A stretch of 61,588 nt of DNA, counting the filler, from Sphacelaria rigidula (Eukaryota), in the NCBI GenBank assembly GCA_964200075.2. It is 5 parts of 5 records of this genome, joined end to end, with 100 filler letters (N's around TTAATTAATTAA, not from the genome) between each part and the next. Parts side by side here need not be neighbours in the genome. Positions count along the whole stretch, not along the records: positions 24,678 to 36,915 come from CAXNAA020003967.1; 4 more parts are not named here. One strand, given 5' to 3'. A program made the position numbers and the translations under genes. Positions 26,382 to 37,015 of this stretch are shown here, piece by piece. How positions within the stretch are numbered: position 1 is the stretch's first letter; each line of letters begins with the position of its first letter. The notes below the pieces were generated by a model that made no database searches, was not told where the DNA came from, and was given only the letters and a program-made list of their open reading frames with translations.

Positions 26382-26514
26382 TTCCTTAGATCGCGATGCG
26401 GGTAGTCCATCTGGATCACGCATACTTTATACTTTCCCAGACTTTCCCCATGTTTTCCCAGTGAAATTGATGCCGATTAAGCAGGTGACCTACCCTCCTC
26501 GCGGTCAAAGGGTT
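26382..26514. mobile_element. ~100-bp piggyBac-like MITE copy nested in the SINE
   Basis: ccttagatcgcg..gggtagtccatctggatcacgcatac...gtgaaattgatgccgatt...ctaccctc..gcggtcaaaggg-TTGA; same family as 29905-30006 and 46671-46768. Confidence 0.7.
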
Positions 26515-27077
26515 GAGTAGGATTTTGTGTACCCACGATATAGTCGCTCTCCACTTTCGGGCATTTCGTCGAAAAATCTCTCCGAGTGCCCCAAGATTTG
26601 AACCCACGACCCAACCATCAGGAGGTTTTGAGGTTACCGAGCCACCGGGGCGACCGGTAGCCAACAAAATACTTATGCCCAAACCTAAACGTATACTTAT
26701 ACTTTAACATCGTAGTAGCTGGAACACTAAATGATGATTTTGTACGCGATAGATCCGCGCATATTCTTTTTTTATTTTTTAGCTTTGGCGTGCGCCGAAG
26801 GGGTGAAGGTCGACGGGGAGATGCTACAGTGCTCTCGCAAACGGCTGTGCTACTGCTACAGCAGTTATCGTGCTCTGACCGCCGTACTGACCGCCGGGGC
26901 GATCATTGATCCAAGAATCTGACTTTCTCACGTAATCGTCTCCTGGGAGAAGCAAGGAAATCAAAATCAAAAGACAACCATTTCAAGCTTTGAACGTCTC
27001 CGTCTGACTTTGAAGTACTGGAGACAGGGGTCGCCTAATTGACCTACCCGAGCTCGAGAGCACTTGCATCAAGCGCG

Positions 27078-30000
27078 ATGATTTCGGCCCGGAGGCCCTC
27101 AATTTCACCCGAGACAACCCGGAAGCCTGCCTCAAATCCAGGAGATCCTGGGATGAACGGGGAAAACAGGGGTAGTGCCGCGGGGGCAACCTTTGTCACG
27201 AATGAGGTGCACGCTCCTGTGGCATTGAGCACATCGTCCGAGTTCAGCCTTCCAGAACATGGAGAACGCCGATCTTCACAACGCAGCACATCAACAACAG
27301 ACACAGGCATCACTGAGGACGAGGAAAGTGATACACATAGTGTGCACTCCAGGAGAGATAGTCTGGAGGGTAGTGCTCCTTTGAAATCTCGAGAGATTTT
27401 CGATGGCGGTGGTGGTGATGGGGGAGAACGGCAGGGAGTGAGCGGGGAACCTGAATCAGGGCATAAGCGTACCTTGGACGACAAGACCAACGCGGCTGGA
27501 ATGATGCTCAGGAAGGCTTGTGATCTGTGCACGAAGGTGCGGGTTTGCGTTTAGACAAGTCAACAGTTACAGCACATGGAGGGAAGAGAGTCAACTCGTG
27601 TTTGAGGGAGTCGCCTGGTCATTCGTATCGTATTCAATCGTAGCAGGTCATGTATCATACGTTTGCTCCCCTCGGAGAAATGATGCGCAAGAGCTCCTAT
27701 GCTTGCATCATCGAGCCCCCCTGAAACGGGGGTATCAGTCGCTCTGGAGCTCTTGACCTCCGTCTTCAGGTCAGACATGACGGACAAATAAGAAAATGAG
27801 TCATGCTTGGGGATGTTTCTACTGTACGGTAGTATCCGTTTATTGAAAAATCTTGTTGTTCTTGTACACAAGTGTTCAATCGCTGTTATAAAGGCTGCGC
27901 CCACGAATCTCTTGTATACGTGATTTACGATCGCAGAATGCACCGTCTGCCCTTGTAACGCACTGCCGTGCATGTAGCCAAGGCAAGGAAGAATTCCCGA
28001 GTTTGAGATATCCATTCGTGAGTTCTCCACATTTGGAAAGTCGGGGGGCTTCAATTTTGCTCGGAAATCTCGAGCTACAGACAGTATGGAAGGTCGGCAA
28101 TCTTTGACTGGACAAGAACCTTGCTCTGGTGTCTGTCAACGCGTTGCTGTGTACCTTCCGTTTTTTTTCCCCCTGTGATTTCTATGATATGATGGGTGTT
28201 CATGGGTGATCGATGGTGGGGTTCGCGTTATGCAGAGGAAGCGCAAGTGCGATGGACAACACCCTTGCTCCCACTGTCTTGAGGTGGGTGATGAATGAAC
28301 ATGCGAATAATCAACCCTATTATAGTAGAGCAGCCTCACCTGCGTTTCGTTTCGTGTGCAGCAATAAAAATAGTATTTTTTGTTCTCGGACAACGTATGA
28401 TAACATCATGACGAATCGTCTCATTTCCCTCTTGGTTGAAATCCATCATCTCCAAATTTGCAACTTCGCTAGTTTACATCCCGCCAAAAAAAGTAGTTGG
28501 CCGATGAAGCGGCGTGCTTTCGAAGGTACAGTGTAAACAAATTGTACTTGAATTGACCATTAGACCATTATACTGATCCATCGATTATTTTGCCATTTCC
28601 TCGCTGTTTCGACGATAGACGGGCATGCGGAGTCAATGTGTGTACAGCCCCAGACTCAAGAGCGGGCGGAAAAAAAAGGTGAGGGTGAGCGCCACGGGCA
28701 AGCTGCTTGACTCGTGCTCGTATGTGACTTTTGATGGCGCATGTTGTACATATTGGTACATTGCCGACCGAATCCATAAACGCGTCACATCTTGTTCATA
28801 TTTGTACATTGCCGACCAAATTCATGAACACAAGGGGCATGTACACATTATATTTGGAAGACGGGCTGCAGGGATCGGTGTGCTACCTTCCTCTTGCGGG
28901 ACCGCGGGGAGGTGAAATTGATGCCGATTCAAGTGATGACCTACTCTCGCCCTGTAAGGGTCAAACGCAGGGCGTCACACAAGCTGGGCCGCCGAAGATG
29001 CGAACTGGAATAAACAACGTTTTCGCGATAGACTTCACCACTAGAAATATCTGTCAACTACCGAGTGGTGAAGTCAACTCCAGTATACTCTTCACCTCCG
29101 TTTTCGTGAGATTGAGAGTAGAGCGTTGATTGAGAGTGGGTTTCACCATTCGCTTTCACTTGACCAGTTTTTCATTGTGTGTTTTTTTTTGCTTGTGACA
29201 TTGGCGTGTGCTTACAGTCGCACGCTACACGTCGATATCCTCCCCAGGGATATCACGGGTTTCAGTGGCAAGCTTCTACATGATGCGTATCGTGCCTTGT
29301 GGAGGATCATTTCGGAACTGAAACGATTCATTCATTCATTGACCGCTTCTCACTCTCACTCGTATCCTCTACTCTTTATCTCACGGAAACACTGTTAATA
29401 TTTATCATTGAAGCGCGATTTCATCACTCAATTTGAAGTCGATGTCTATAAAATTTTGACGCGATATACATGAGTTACGCGACAAGACACTAACTTTCCC
29501 CCCATTTACATTATTTCCCCGTGATTCGAGGGTAGGATTAGGGCGTGTCTTGGCACACTGATTTTCGATCAAAATTGTGCGGTGGAAAATAAAAATCCCG
29601 ATCTGACAGGTCGTAATATCAACCATCGTTTTTAATTTTGAGGATGGTTGAAATCACGACCTATCAGACCGGGATTTTTGGTTTCCACCGCACTTTTTTT
29701 ATTCGAAAAATGATGTGCAAAAACACGGCCTTACAGGGTGACCTCCACGAGGATAGGTACAGTCGAATTTCATGTGCATCCTTTATTTTCTTCGTGTACT
29801 TTTGCATGTTTTGCCTATCTGTTTCCTTCAATTTTTTGTAATTGTTTTCGTCTCGGGTACGTCCATCATATAACTACGGCCAGATCCGGGGGGCATCAGT
29901 TCAACCCTTAGACCGTGGTGCAGGTGGTCCATCTTGGTCATGCATACTTTTTTCGAGTGAACATGGATGTCGATTCAGCTGGTGAACTACCCTTGCGGTC

Positions 30001-33000
30001 AAAGGGTTAAAGAGCGACAATGAATCGAAGCAATCAATCGACCCTGAGATAATCACCAAAACACGTGCGGCTGGTCAGTGGCTGACCATCCCGACCATGG
30101 TCACCTGGATCACATTTTTCATGGGGGCCAGCGCAACGAACAGTACAGCCAGTACGATGCACTACAGCAACATTATGTTGATCGCTCTCTTATACTCGTC
30201 GCGTGGCCGACTTCCTGTTGTATGCGTGATCTTCCGCCGCCCACTCTTGACTGACAAAAGTGGTCCGTTTTATTTCAAATATCGAAGCTCAAAATTCTCG
30301 AGTCTTCTCGCTTGCTTCCCATCCATGAATAATATGTTGTGCGCTTGAATGAAGAATGGAAGACTCAGATGGCTCGCCCTGGTGGTAAAAGCGTCAACTT
30401 TTTTTATCTGTCGGCAGGAAGATGTCACGCTCTCCGGAGGTTTGGTCTGATTTCCATAGGCAGAGGGAAGGAACGCAGCGGGGGGAGGGAGAGGGGGGGG
30501 GTATTCATTCGTTGCTTGCCTTGGTCGTTTGATCATTGACCACGTTTCCCTGTCGAGACGAAGCATATTTCCTACTCCTAATAGAGGCACCTCCAATATT
30601 CCGGTGCTCATTACGTTCCTTCCACATATTACACAAAAACCCTTCGCATATCTTATCCCCGTCGTGTTTCGCCGTCCGTGGCCATCTACCTGTCAGTACG
30701 TGTAGCCCTCGTTTTTTCGCTGCTGTCTAATGCATCAAGCGATTTCTGAAACTGGAGGGGGGGAAGGGCGTACTCATTTGTTGCTTGCCTTAGTCGTGGG
30801 ACCATTGACCACGCATCCCTTTTGAGACGGAGCACCGTTTCTATTCCTAATAGAGACGCCTCCAACATTCTGGAGCTCATTACGTTTCTTCCATACATTA
30901 CTCGAGAGCCTTCTACATATCTTATCCCCGTCCTGTTTCGCCGGCTGTGGGGGGGAGAGAAGACGAAACTGCACTGTACTGCACATTGCTGTACTCTCCT
31001 GTGCGTTTCAGTTAGGCTTCGTGTGCCTAGATTGCCATGTGTACCGCACTGTGTGCATGATACCTTTTTTTCAAGTTAAATGATGCCGATGCAGCAGACG
31101 ACGCACCCCTGGGGGGGACACGTTCTCCATGCTTTTCCATACAGCGGACGGATGCTGCAGCGATCGCACGGCGCACATGACGGTACCGATAGACTCAACA
31201 TGACGAACAAAGAGAAGGGCGTAATACAGATGCCATGATGCTGTCTATTCCGGTACACGCCACGCTCTCTACCTTGGGTTCTCTGTGCGGCTTGGTGCAC
31301 AAAGCGGCAGCTTGTTTTTCGTCACAATTCGTCGGATTGCATATACATGGATGGCAAGCAAGCGAGCATGGTATTATGGGCGTGACGTTACCGTAGAACT
31401 AATCATCAAACATTTTTTCCATTTTCGAGCTGGCAGTGGCAGATCACGCCAACAAAAGGAAGTCGGCCACGCGATGAGGGGTGAGAGGTGGGAGGGAAAA
31501 CAACATCATGCTACTGTTGTGCTCTACTCTGCGTAGGTTGTGCTTACCTCGATTGAAAGTTTGGCCGAGGTGACCACGGTCGGGATGGTTATGCGGCACT
31601 CACCAGCCGCACGTTCTTTTGCCAATATCCTCAGGTGCGCATAAATTTCATTGTGCACCCGGGTGAACATGTAATCTGTTCGAGATGCTGACGTACTCGC
31701 ACACACAGTAGATATGGATCTGCGTATATCGTATTTGCCCGGCCTGGTCCGCCCGTGCCAGTGGAAACATGCATCTTCCTCACTTTTCCTCCCCCTGGTC
31801 ATTCCGTGTGCTGGTGGAACCGTGGGTTAATATTTTTGAGCATGTTTGTGGATTGTACCAGGGGCTTGTCATCGTAGATAGGACCGGACCGAACGGGATG
31901 GGACGCGAGGTGCCAGGACGGCACAGGGTGGGGATTCTCAGTCCATCCCTGCCTTACAGAAAAATGAGTACCGCCCCGTGACGTTCCCGTCGCGTCCCTT
32001 CCTGGCGATAAGTATGTAGAGGATATGCCGAAATAGATGCGATAATTCCAAATGTCATCGGGACGGAATTTAGCACACGCCCCTGTTGCAATTTTTAATT
32101 TCTTACAGTCGAATGAAGTCACCACAACGATACAGAATTGGGCCCGAGTTGAGAATCGAGTCGCCTGACTCCAAAATTGTTTTCGGACTTTTGATTGTGC
32201 TTTAAATAACACGTGAGCGCGCCACGCCTTCGCTGGCTTCAATAGCTACAGAACAAGCACATGGACATGCGCGGTGTGGATATTGAGCGTCCCAGTGTGC
32301 TGTGCTTTGTTGCGGTCTGTTCGGTGCCGAAGCGAAGGAGAAACAACGGTTTTTCGTGTTTGTGCTTGCTGTAAGGACGTCACAAGCGGTTAATGACACC
32401 ACCTCAACCGTTTTCGAGAGCTACGCAGATTGCTGCCACTCCCTGAACACTGGACGGTTTCCCATGGAACAAGGCACACCGTGCCCACGTGGTTCGGCAC
32501 CCATCTACTGTGTGCATGCCACCTCTCTCATTGAGTTGGTACCTTGACCTCTTTCAGGCCGCGTGTGTGCTGTTAATTTCCGTTGGCACAGATAGGTCAT
32601 TTTCCAGCACATGTGTTTCTCAATTTTTCCCATTCCGTTCCATTCCGCTCATTTCCGATGCTTTGAAACGTCGTGCCGGTCGAGGTGCCATAAATTGTGC
32701 CGGTGAGGCCGTGTCTTGGGCCGTTTCTTAGCACATCGGTTTTCGATCGAAAAAGTGCGGTGAAGAACAAAAATCCTAATCTGATGGACCGTGATTCCAA
32801 TGTAGGTGCGCGTGGACGGCGTGCTCTACGAGGAAGGAACTGCCCCGCCTGCAGACGGATCTGGCGGGCTCGCCCTAGTAGCCAACAATCGTAATTGGCA
32901 GGCCGGATACTCCGCTGTGGACCCTTCCGCGGGGCGGTTCTCTCCGTCGGGCGCCGTAGGCCTTGCAGGCCATGTCGAAAACTTTTTCCTTGCAACGTAT

Positions 33001-36000
33001 CTCCGCGATTTTAATCGCATCGTTCCCCTCACCACGGAGAGCAGCGTCACGGAGGGTATGTTGGAGGTGCTGTCTTCCACTATCTCGTCTCGGGGTCTGT
33101 CGCAGACTAGTCCCATCCCTCAGCCGGAATCCAGGCGGCAGGCGAAGCTGGCGGTATTTTGGGGCGTCGTGGCGATGGGGTCCAGGATCCTGAAGGCTGA
33201 AGATGAAGCTACCGCCCGGTATTTGACCCTCATGCGTGCTGCGCTGCGGGAGTGCTTCGACAGCAACGACAAGGAGGCGAGTGCGTATGTGTGCATCTGT
33301 TTTGTGTATGTGTGGTGAGGCGGCCGGAAAAGGGGAGGTGAGTCAGGAGAGATGAAAATTATGTTGTGTACTGCGAAGGAATTCCTTGAGCCTTTGATGA
33401 TTTCGGCACGACCATCTAGGCCACCTTGTCGTTTGATCATGCCGGATGATTGCTAGGAAGAGCATAACCTTTTCTCCTTACTGCCACTTGCTGTGGCGAA
33501 CAGACTATAGTGAGTCTACCATCCGTGTGGAAGGGTGAGTTGGAGGGCTGCTGCCTCACTCTCTGAAAAAGGAACCTTCGAGTAACACAGATTGGGTATT
33601 GTGCCTATCCTAACCCTTTGAGGCCGCAAGGGTAGGGCGTCTTATTAGACCCTGTATATACTGGATTTTCGCTTTGAGACTGCTTCATGTTCCGATCGCC
33701 GGCCTAAAAAATGATCCGATGTGAGCGGGGGGCACATTTATGCCATTTTTTTTTTCCTTCCAAGTCTATTATGGCGGCAAAATGTCATGATGCGAACAAC
33801 ACCCGTACTTGCTCCTATCCTACATGAAATATCTACAAACACAAGGTGGTCCAAGCTTACCTCCTTCTCTCGACTGTAGAAACCATGCGCGGCCACGAAG
33901 AGGTTGGAAAGCGCTACCTAGATCACGCCCACACTATGCACAACAGCAACGCCATGGGACCCGAGGGCAACCTCCTCCGAGGCCGACCGGAGCAAGAGGA
34001 ATCCCTCGATCTCGTGTTCCAGATCTACGGCCAACCAGATGGGTGCGTTGGACAGATGAACGCCATGGACTCGACCGCCGTGGATCAGATGATCGCGCAG
34101 GCGATGTCGCCCCCATCCGAGTCGCAGTCGGGCCCGCTGAAGGCGCTCAAGTACCTCAGTACTGCGTGCGGGCTGTCTTCCGAGGTGTTTGACCCTACCA
34201 ACAAGTGTGTCACCGTTAAGCAGTACCTTGGAGAGATGGACTCTGCCCTCAAGGTGTGTGATACATATTTATTCCCCGCGCGTGAAACAAGTCGGATCGA
34301 CTGTGTATACAGAATTGCCTTGTGTTAACTTCGTTTTTTTTCCCTCCGACTACTTTTGATGAAGTGAAATGAAGTGCTGGACCACGTTGTGTTATGCTTG
34401 AGGCGCACGTTTTTTTTGTAGTAGGGGAATTGATACCGTCTTGTATGGCAACGAATCTCGATTTGTACAAATATGAGAATTTTAGTCCGTCTACAGCCGA
34501 TTTTCTTCCGTGGATTGATTTTTCTGACTCCTGTTTGTTGGGCAATGTTTTTCGGCTAGCTGTGAGAGAACCAGATCAATTCTCCGATTTTCTGGACGTT
34601 GATTTTTTGTACATCACGATTTAAAAAAAAATGGGGGAAATGCGGGAGTATCCCGATTTGAGCAGAAGCGTGATGTATAAAAAATCAACGTCCAGAAAAT
34701 CGGAGAATTGATCTGGTTCTCTCACAGCTAGCCGAAAAACATTGCCCAACGAACTGGAGTCCGAAAAATCAACCCATAAGAGAAAATCGCCTGTAGCCGG
34801 ACTGAAATCCTCGTATTTGTACAAATCGAGATCGGTTGCCATAAAAGGTCTTCTGAGAAGCATCGTGCGGAACAGATGCGCCCTTTATCACATGTGGTCA
34901 TGATGCATATTACATGACCACCATAAAATGTACTCTTCAGTTATCGTCTGAGACCATATAAACAGATGTGCCAGAGAATCTGCAAGTATTGAAGTATTGT
35001 CTATCTGTTATTGCGCAATCATGGGGAGGACCTGTCTTTATGTATCGAACGACAAGTGTATCTTCGTATCCCACAGGCGCCCCCCGCCCCCTACTTCGCC
35101 GCACCTGAAGAAACGCTCCGACTACAGTAGTTTGTGCGTCGGGTGTTTATGCCAAGCACTTGGTTCGCCCAAACACACGCTTTACGCACGTTGACAGGGC
35201 GCAGATACGCTCTTCAAGCACACCGACCTGAGCGAGTGCATCACTGGAGTGGTGATGGTGAAGATCTGGGGAGGGGTAACGGTGCTCATGCAGTCGTGGG
35301 GCAAGCAGCAGGAGAAGGAGATGGGGCTGGCGCAAGTGGAGGAAGGGGTCGGCTACGCGCTCACCCGCCCGGGGCTGATGACTTTCCCCATGTGGTGAGC
35401 ATGTGGCAACACTCGAGAACGCAATCGCAGATGTTTTACCTCATGAAAGTGGTGTTACCCACCGACTTGTGACATGCGCTCTGTTGAAAAATGATGAACT
35501 GCCTTGTGCATTGCTGGAGCAGCAGTCGAGATATGTATCGACCGAGTGATTTGCGATGATGGGCAAAAGGTGGTTCTATCACGTGATTCTTCTTTTTTCT
35601 TGCCCTTGTGTGGGATACCATTGGGTATGCGTGTGTACCACCGTCGTTACGTATTGGACATTCCAACACTTTGACCACCATGGTGGGTCATTTTGGACCT
35701 TGGTGATTTCTCATGTTGCGGTTGATTTCAACCACACCCTGGACAACAGATTTCGTTGTCAAGAAGTGTACTGCGTACAGTATAGAATCTGTTGCTTGTT
35801 GCCCAAGACGCAATAGTCGATACTGTACGCAGTACATGTTTTTGACGGTGTGATCCGTTTGACCAGGGTGTGATGCCGTTCCAATGGATCGCCCACTCTG
35901 ACGGTCAAAGGGTTGACAATCCGATCGTGTGACTTGTTGTGGTGCCTGGCCCTTCCGGTGGCGGGTGGCTTGCCTCGGCTTGTCTCGGCTTGGCTTGGCC

Positions 36001-36185
36001 AGAGTCGGCTTTTAATGCAGTCGGCACATCTGTGACACCTTCGCCTTTGCCTTTGTGGGTTTGCTTGTGTTCACAATCGTTGCATCCGACTGCAGGTGGC
36101 ATGCGCTACACTGTGCTGCCATCGTCTTGGCGCACTTCGGACACCATGATACGTACATGCGTCTCAGGGCAACGTTCAACAAGAA
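27078..36185 (+). CDS. GAL4-type Zn(II)2Cys6 binuclear-cluster transcription factor, 3' incomplete (7 exons seen)
   Basis: Exons 27078-27536, 28236-28283, 28619-28678, 32806-33276, 33846-34253, 35198-35394, 36096-36185 splice with consistent phases (0,0,0,0,0,2,2) and no stops. Exons 1-3 assemble CDLCTKRKRKCDGQHPCSHCLETGMRSQC = C-x2-C-x6-C-x5-C-x2-C-x8-C. Start codon is tentative. Confidence 0.88.
29100..29397 (-). mobile_element. ~290-bp MITE (intron 3 of TF gene)
   Basis: TIR-like ends gttttcgtgagattgagagtagag / ctctactctttatctcacggaaac; homologous copies at 43847-44138, 24678 and 61110. Confidence 0.75.
29539..29733. mobile_element. Palindromic MITE (~85-bp arms)
   Basis: gggcgtgtcttggcaca...gtgcggtggaaa..aaaaatcccg..aaccatc / gatggtt..cgggattttt..tttccaccgcac...tgtgcaaaaacacggcc, TA at both ends; half-copy at 32718-32800. 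Confidence 0.75.
29905..30006. mobile_element. piggyBac-like MITE
   Basis: Termini CCCTTAGACCG...CGGTCAAAGGG, flanked TCAA / TTAA. Confidence 0.75.
30490..30910 (-). repeat. Two adjacent copies of a short interspersed repeat with G/C-run end
   Basis: tcatt(c/t)gttgcttgcctt(g/a)gtcg..cattgaccacg..gagacg(a/g)agca..tcctaatagag at ~30500 and ~30770; inverse copies at 38960-39060 and 36672-36720. Confidence 0.7.
34444..34843. repeat. Long inverted repeat (175-bp arms, 50-nt loop) in intron 5 of TF gene
   Basis: Arms 34444-34618 and 34669-34843; inner 72 bp (34537-34608) perfectly complementary. Confidence 0.95.
35733..35872. repeat. 140-nt imperfect hairpin in intron 6 of TF gene
   Basis: cacaccctgg/ccagggtgtg closing stem, gtcaa/ttgac, and perfect 17-bp tgtactgcgtacagtat/atactgtacgcagtaca. 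Confidence 0.85.
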
Positions 36186-36821
36186 GTGAGTAAAACATGC
36201 ACTCGTTTTTGCATTTCGCGTGGCACATTTGCTTTTTCGCACAAGAGACGACATGCACCCTGAACCCCGCGTTCTCCTCCGGCAGTCAGTTCTTGCGAGA
36301 TGTTTTTGTGATTGAAAGAGCAAGAGAGGGAGAGGAATCCCACGGCCTTTTTTCTTCACAACCGATCTCAGGGGCTCGTGGTGCAGTGGCTACACGAGCG
36401 CGTACAGCAGTGCACGCGCAAATATGTGTGTGTTGTCATCCCATCTATTCTGGACGCCGGTCTACACCTTTCGGTATATGTGGACGCATCAGCCGGAGTC
36501 ACACAGGAAGAATGTCAACACAGGAGTTTTTTCCTGTGTGCTGTTGGATCGTCAGTAGAAGGTTATCTGTCACATTCGTTGCAGCTTTGTAGTATGGAGA
36601 AAATAACGAAAGGCACTTGCAACTGTCTTGTGTTGGTCATGGTGAATGTTTCCTGCCCGCCCCCCACCCCTGATGGTCAAACGACTACGGCAAGCAACAA
36701 ATGAGTATGCCCATTTCCCCCCGTACCCCTCGAGTATAGAAGTTCAGATAGAAGAGGGCCATCCAAGTGAAGCCAAAGGACGAGAAGAGACAAGCGACAC
36801 ATATCGTACACCTTGCTTACA

Positions 36822-36887
<66 letters not shown>

Positions 36888-36915
36888 CCCCCATCCAACG
36901 CGGCCACCCGCGGGC

Positions 36916-37015
36916 NNNNNNNNNNNNNNNNNNNNNNNNNNNNNNNNNNNNNNNNNNNNTTAATTAATTAANNNNNNNNNNNNNNNNNNNNNNNNNNNNN
37001 NNNNNNNNNNNNNNN
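36916..37015. other. Artificial contig spacer
   Basis: N44-TTAATTAATTAA-N44. Confidence 0.98.

Larger units (their letters stand above)
26206..26657 (-). mobile_element. tRNA-derived SINE with nested MITE
   Basis: Minus-strand head ccggtcgccccggTGGCTCGGtaacc (A-box-like) ... gtgGGTTCAAATC (B box, 26604-26595); no full tRNA cloverleaf; body ends in (CA)n tail. Confidence 0.7.

Noticed and set aside
26590-26657. Functional tRNA gene
   Set aside because: A/B-box-like motifs are present but there is no complete cloverleaf or acceptor stem; better explained as a SINE head
34394-34863. Two similar convergent ORFs (..LDLYKYE.FSP..) as duplicated genes
   Set aside because: They are the two arms of the inverted repeat translated on opposite strands within an intron
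36824-36892. Poly-Pro/poly-Gly ORFs or a G-quadruplex element
   Set aside because: A long C homopolymer at a contig end; its length is unreliable and the ORFs are artefacts
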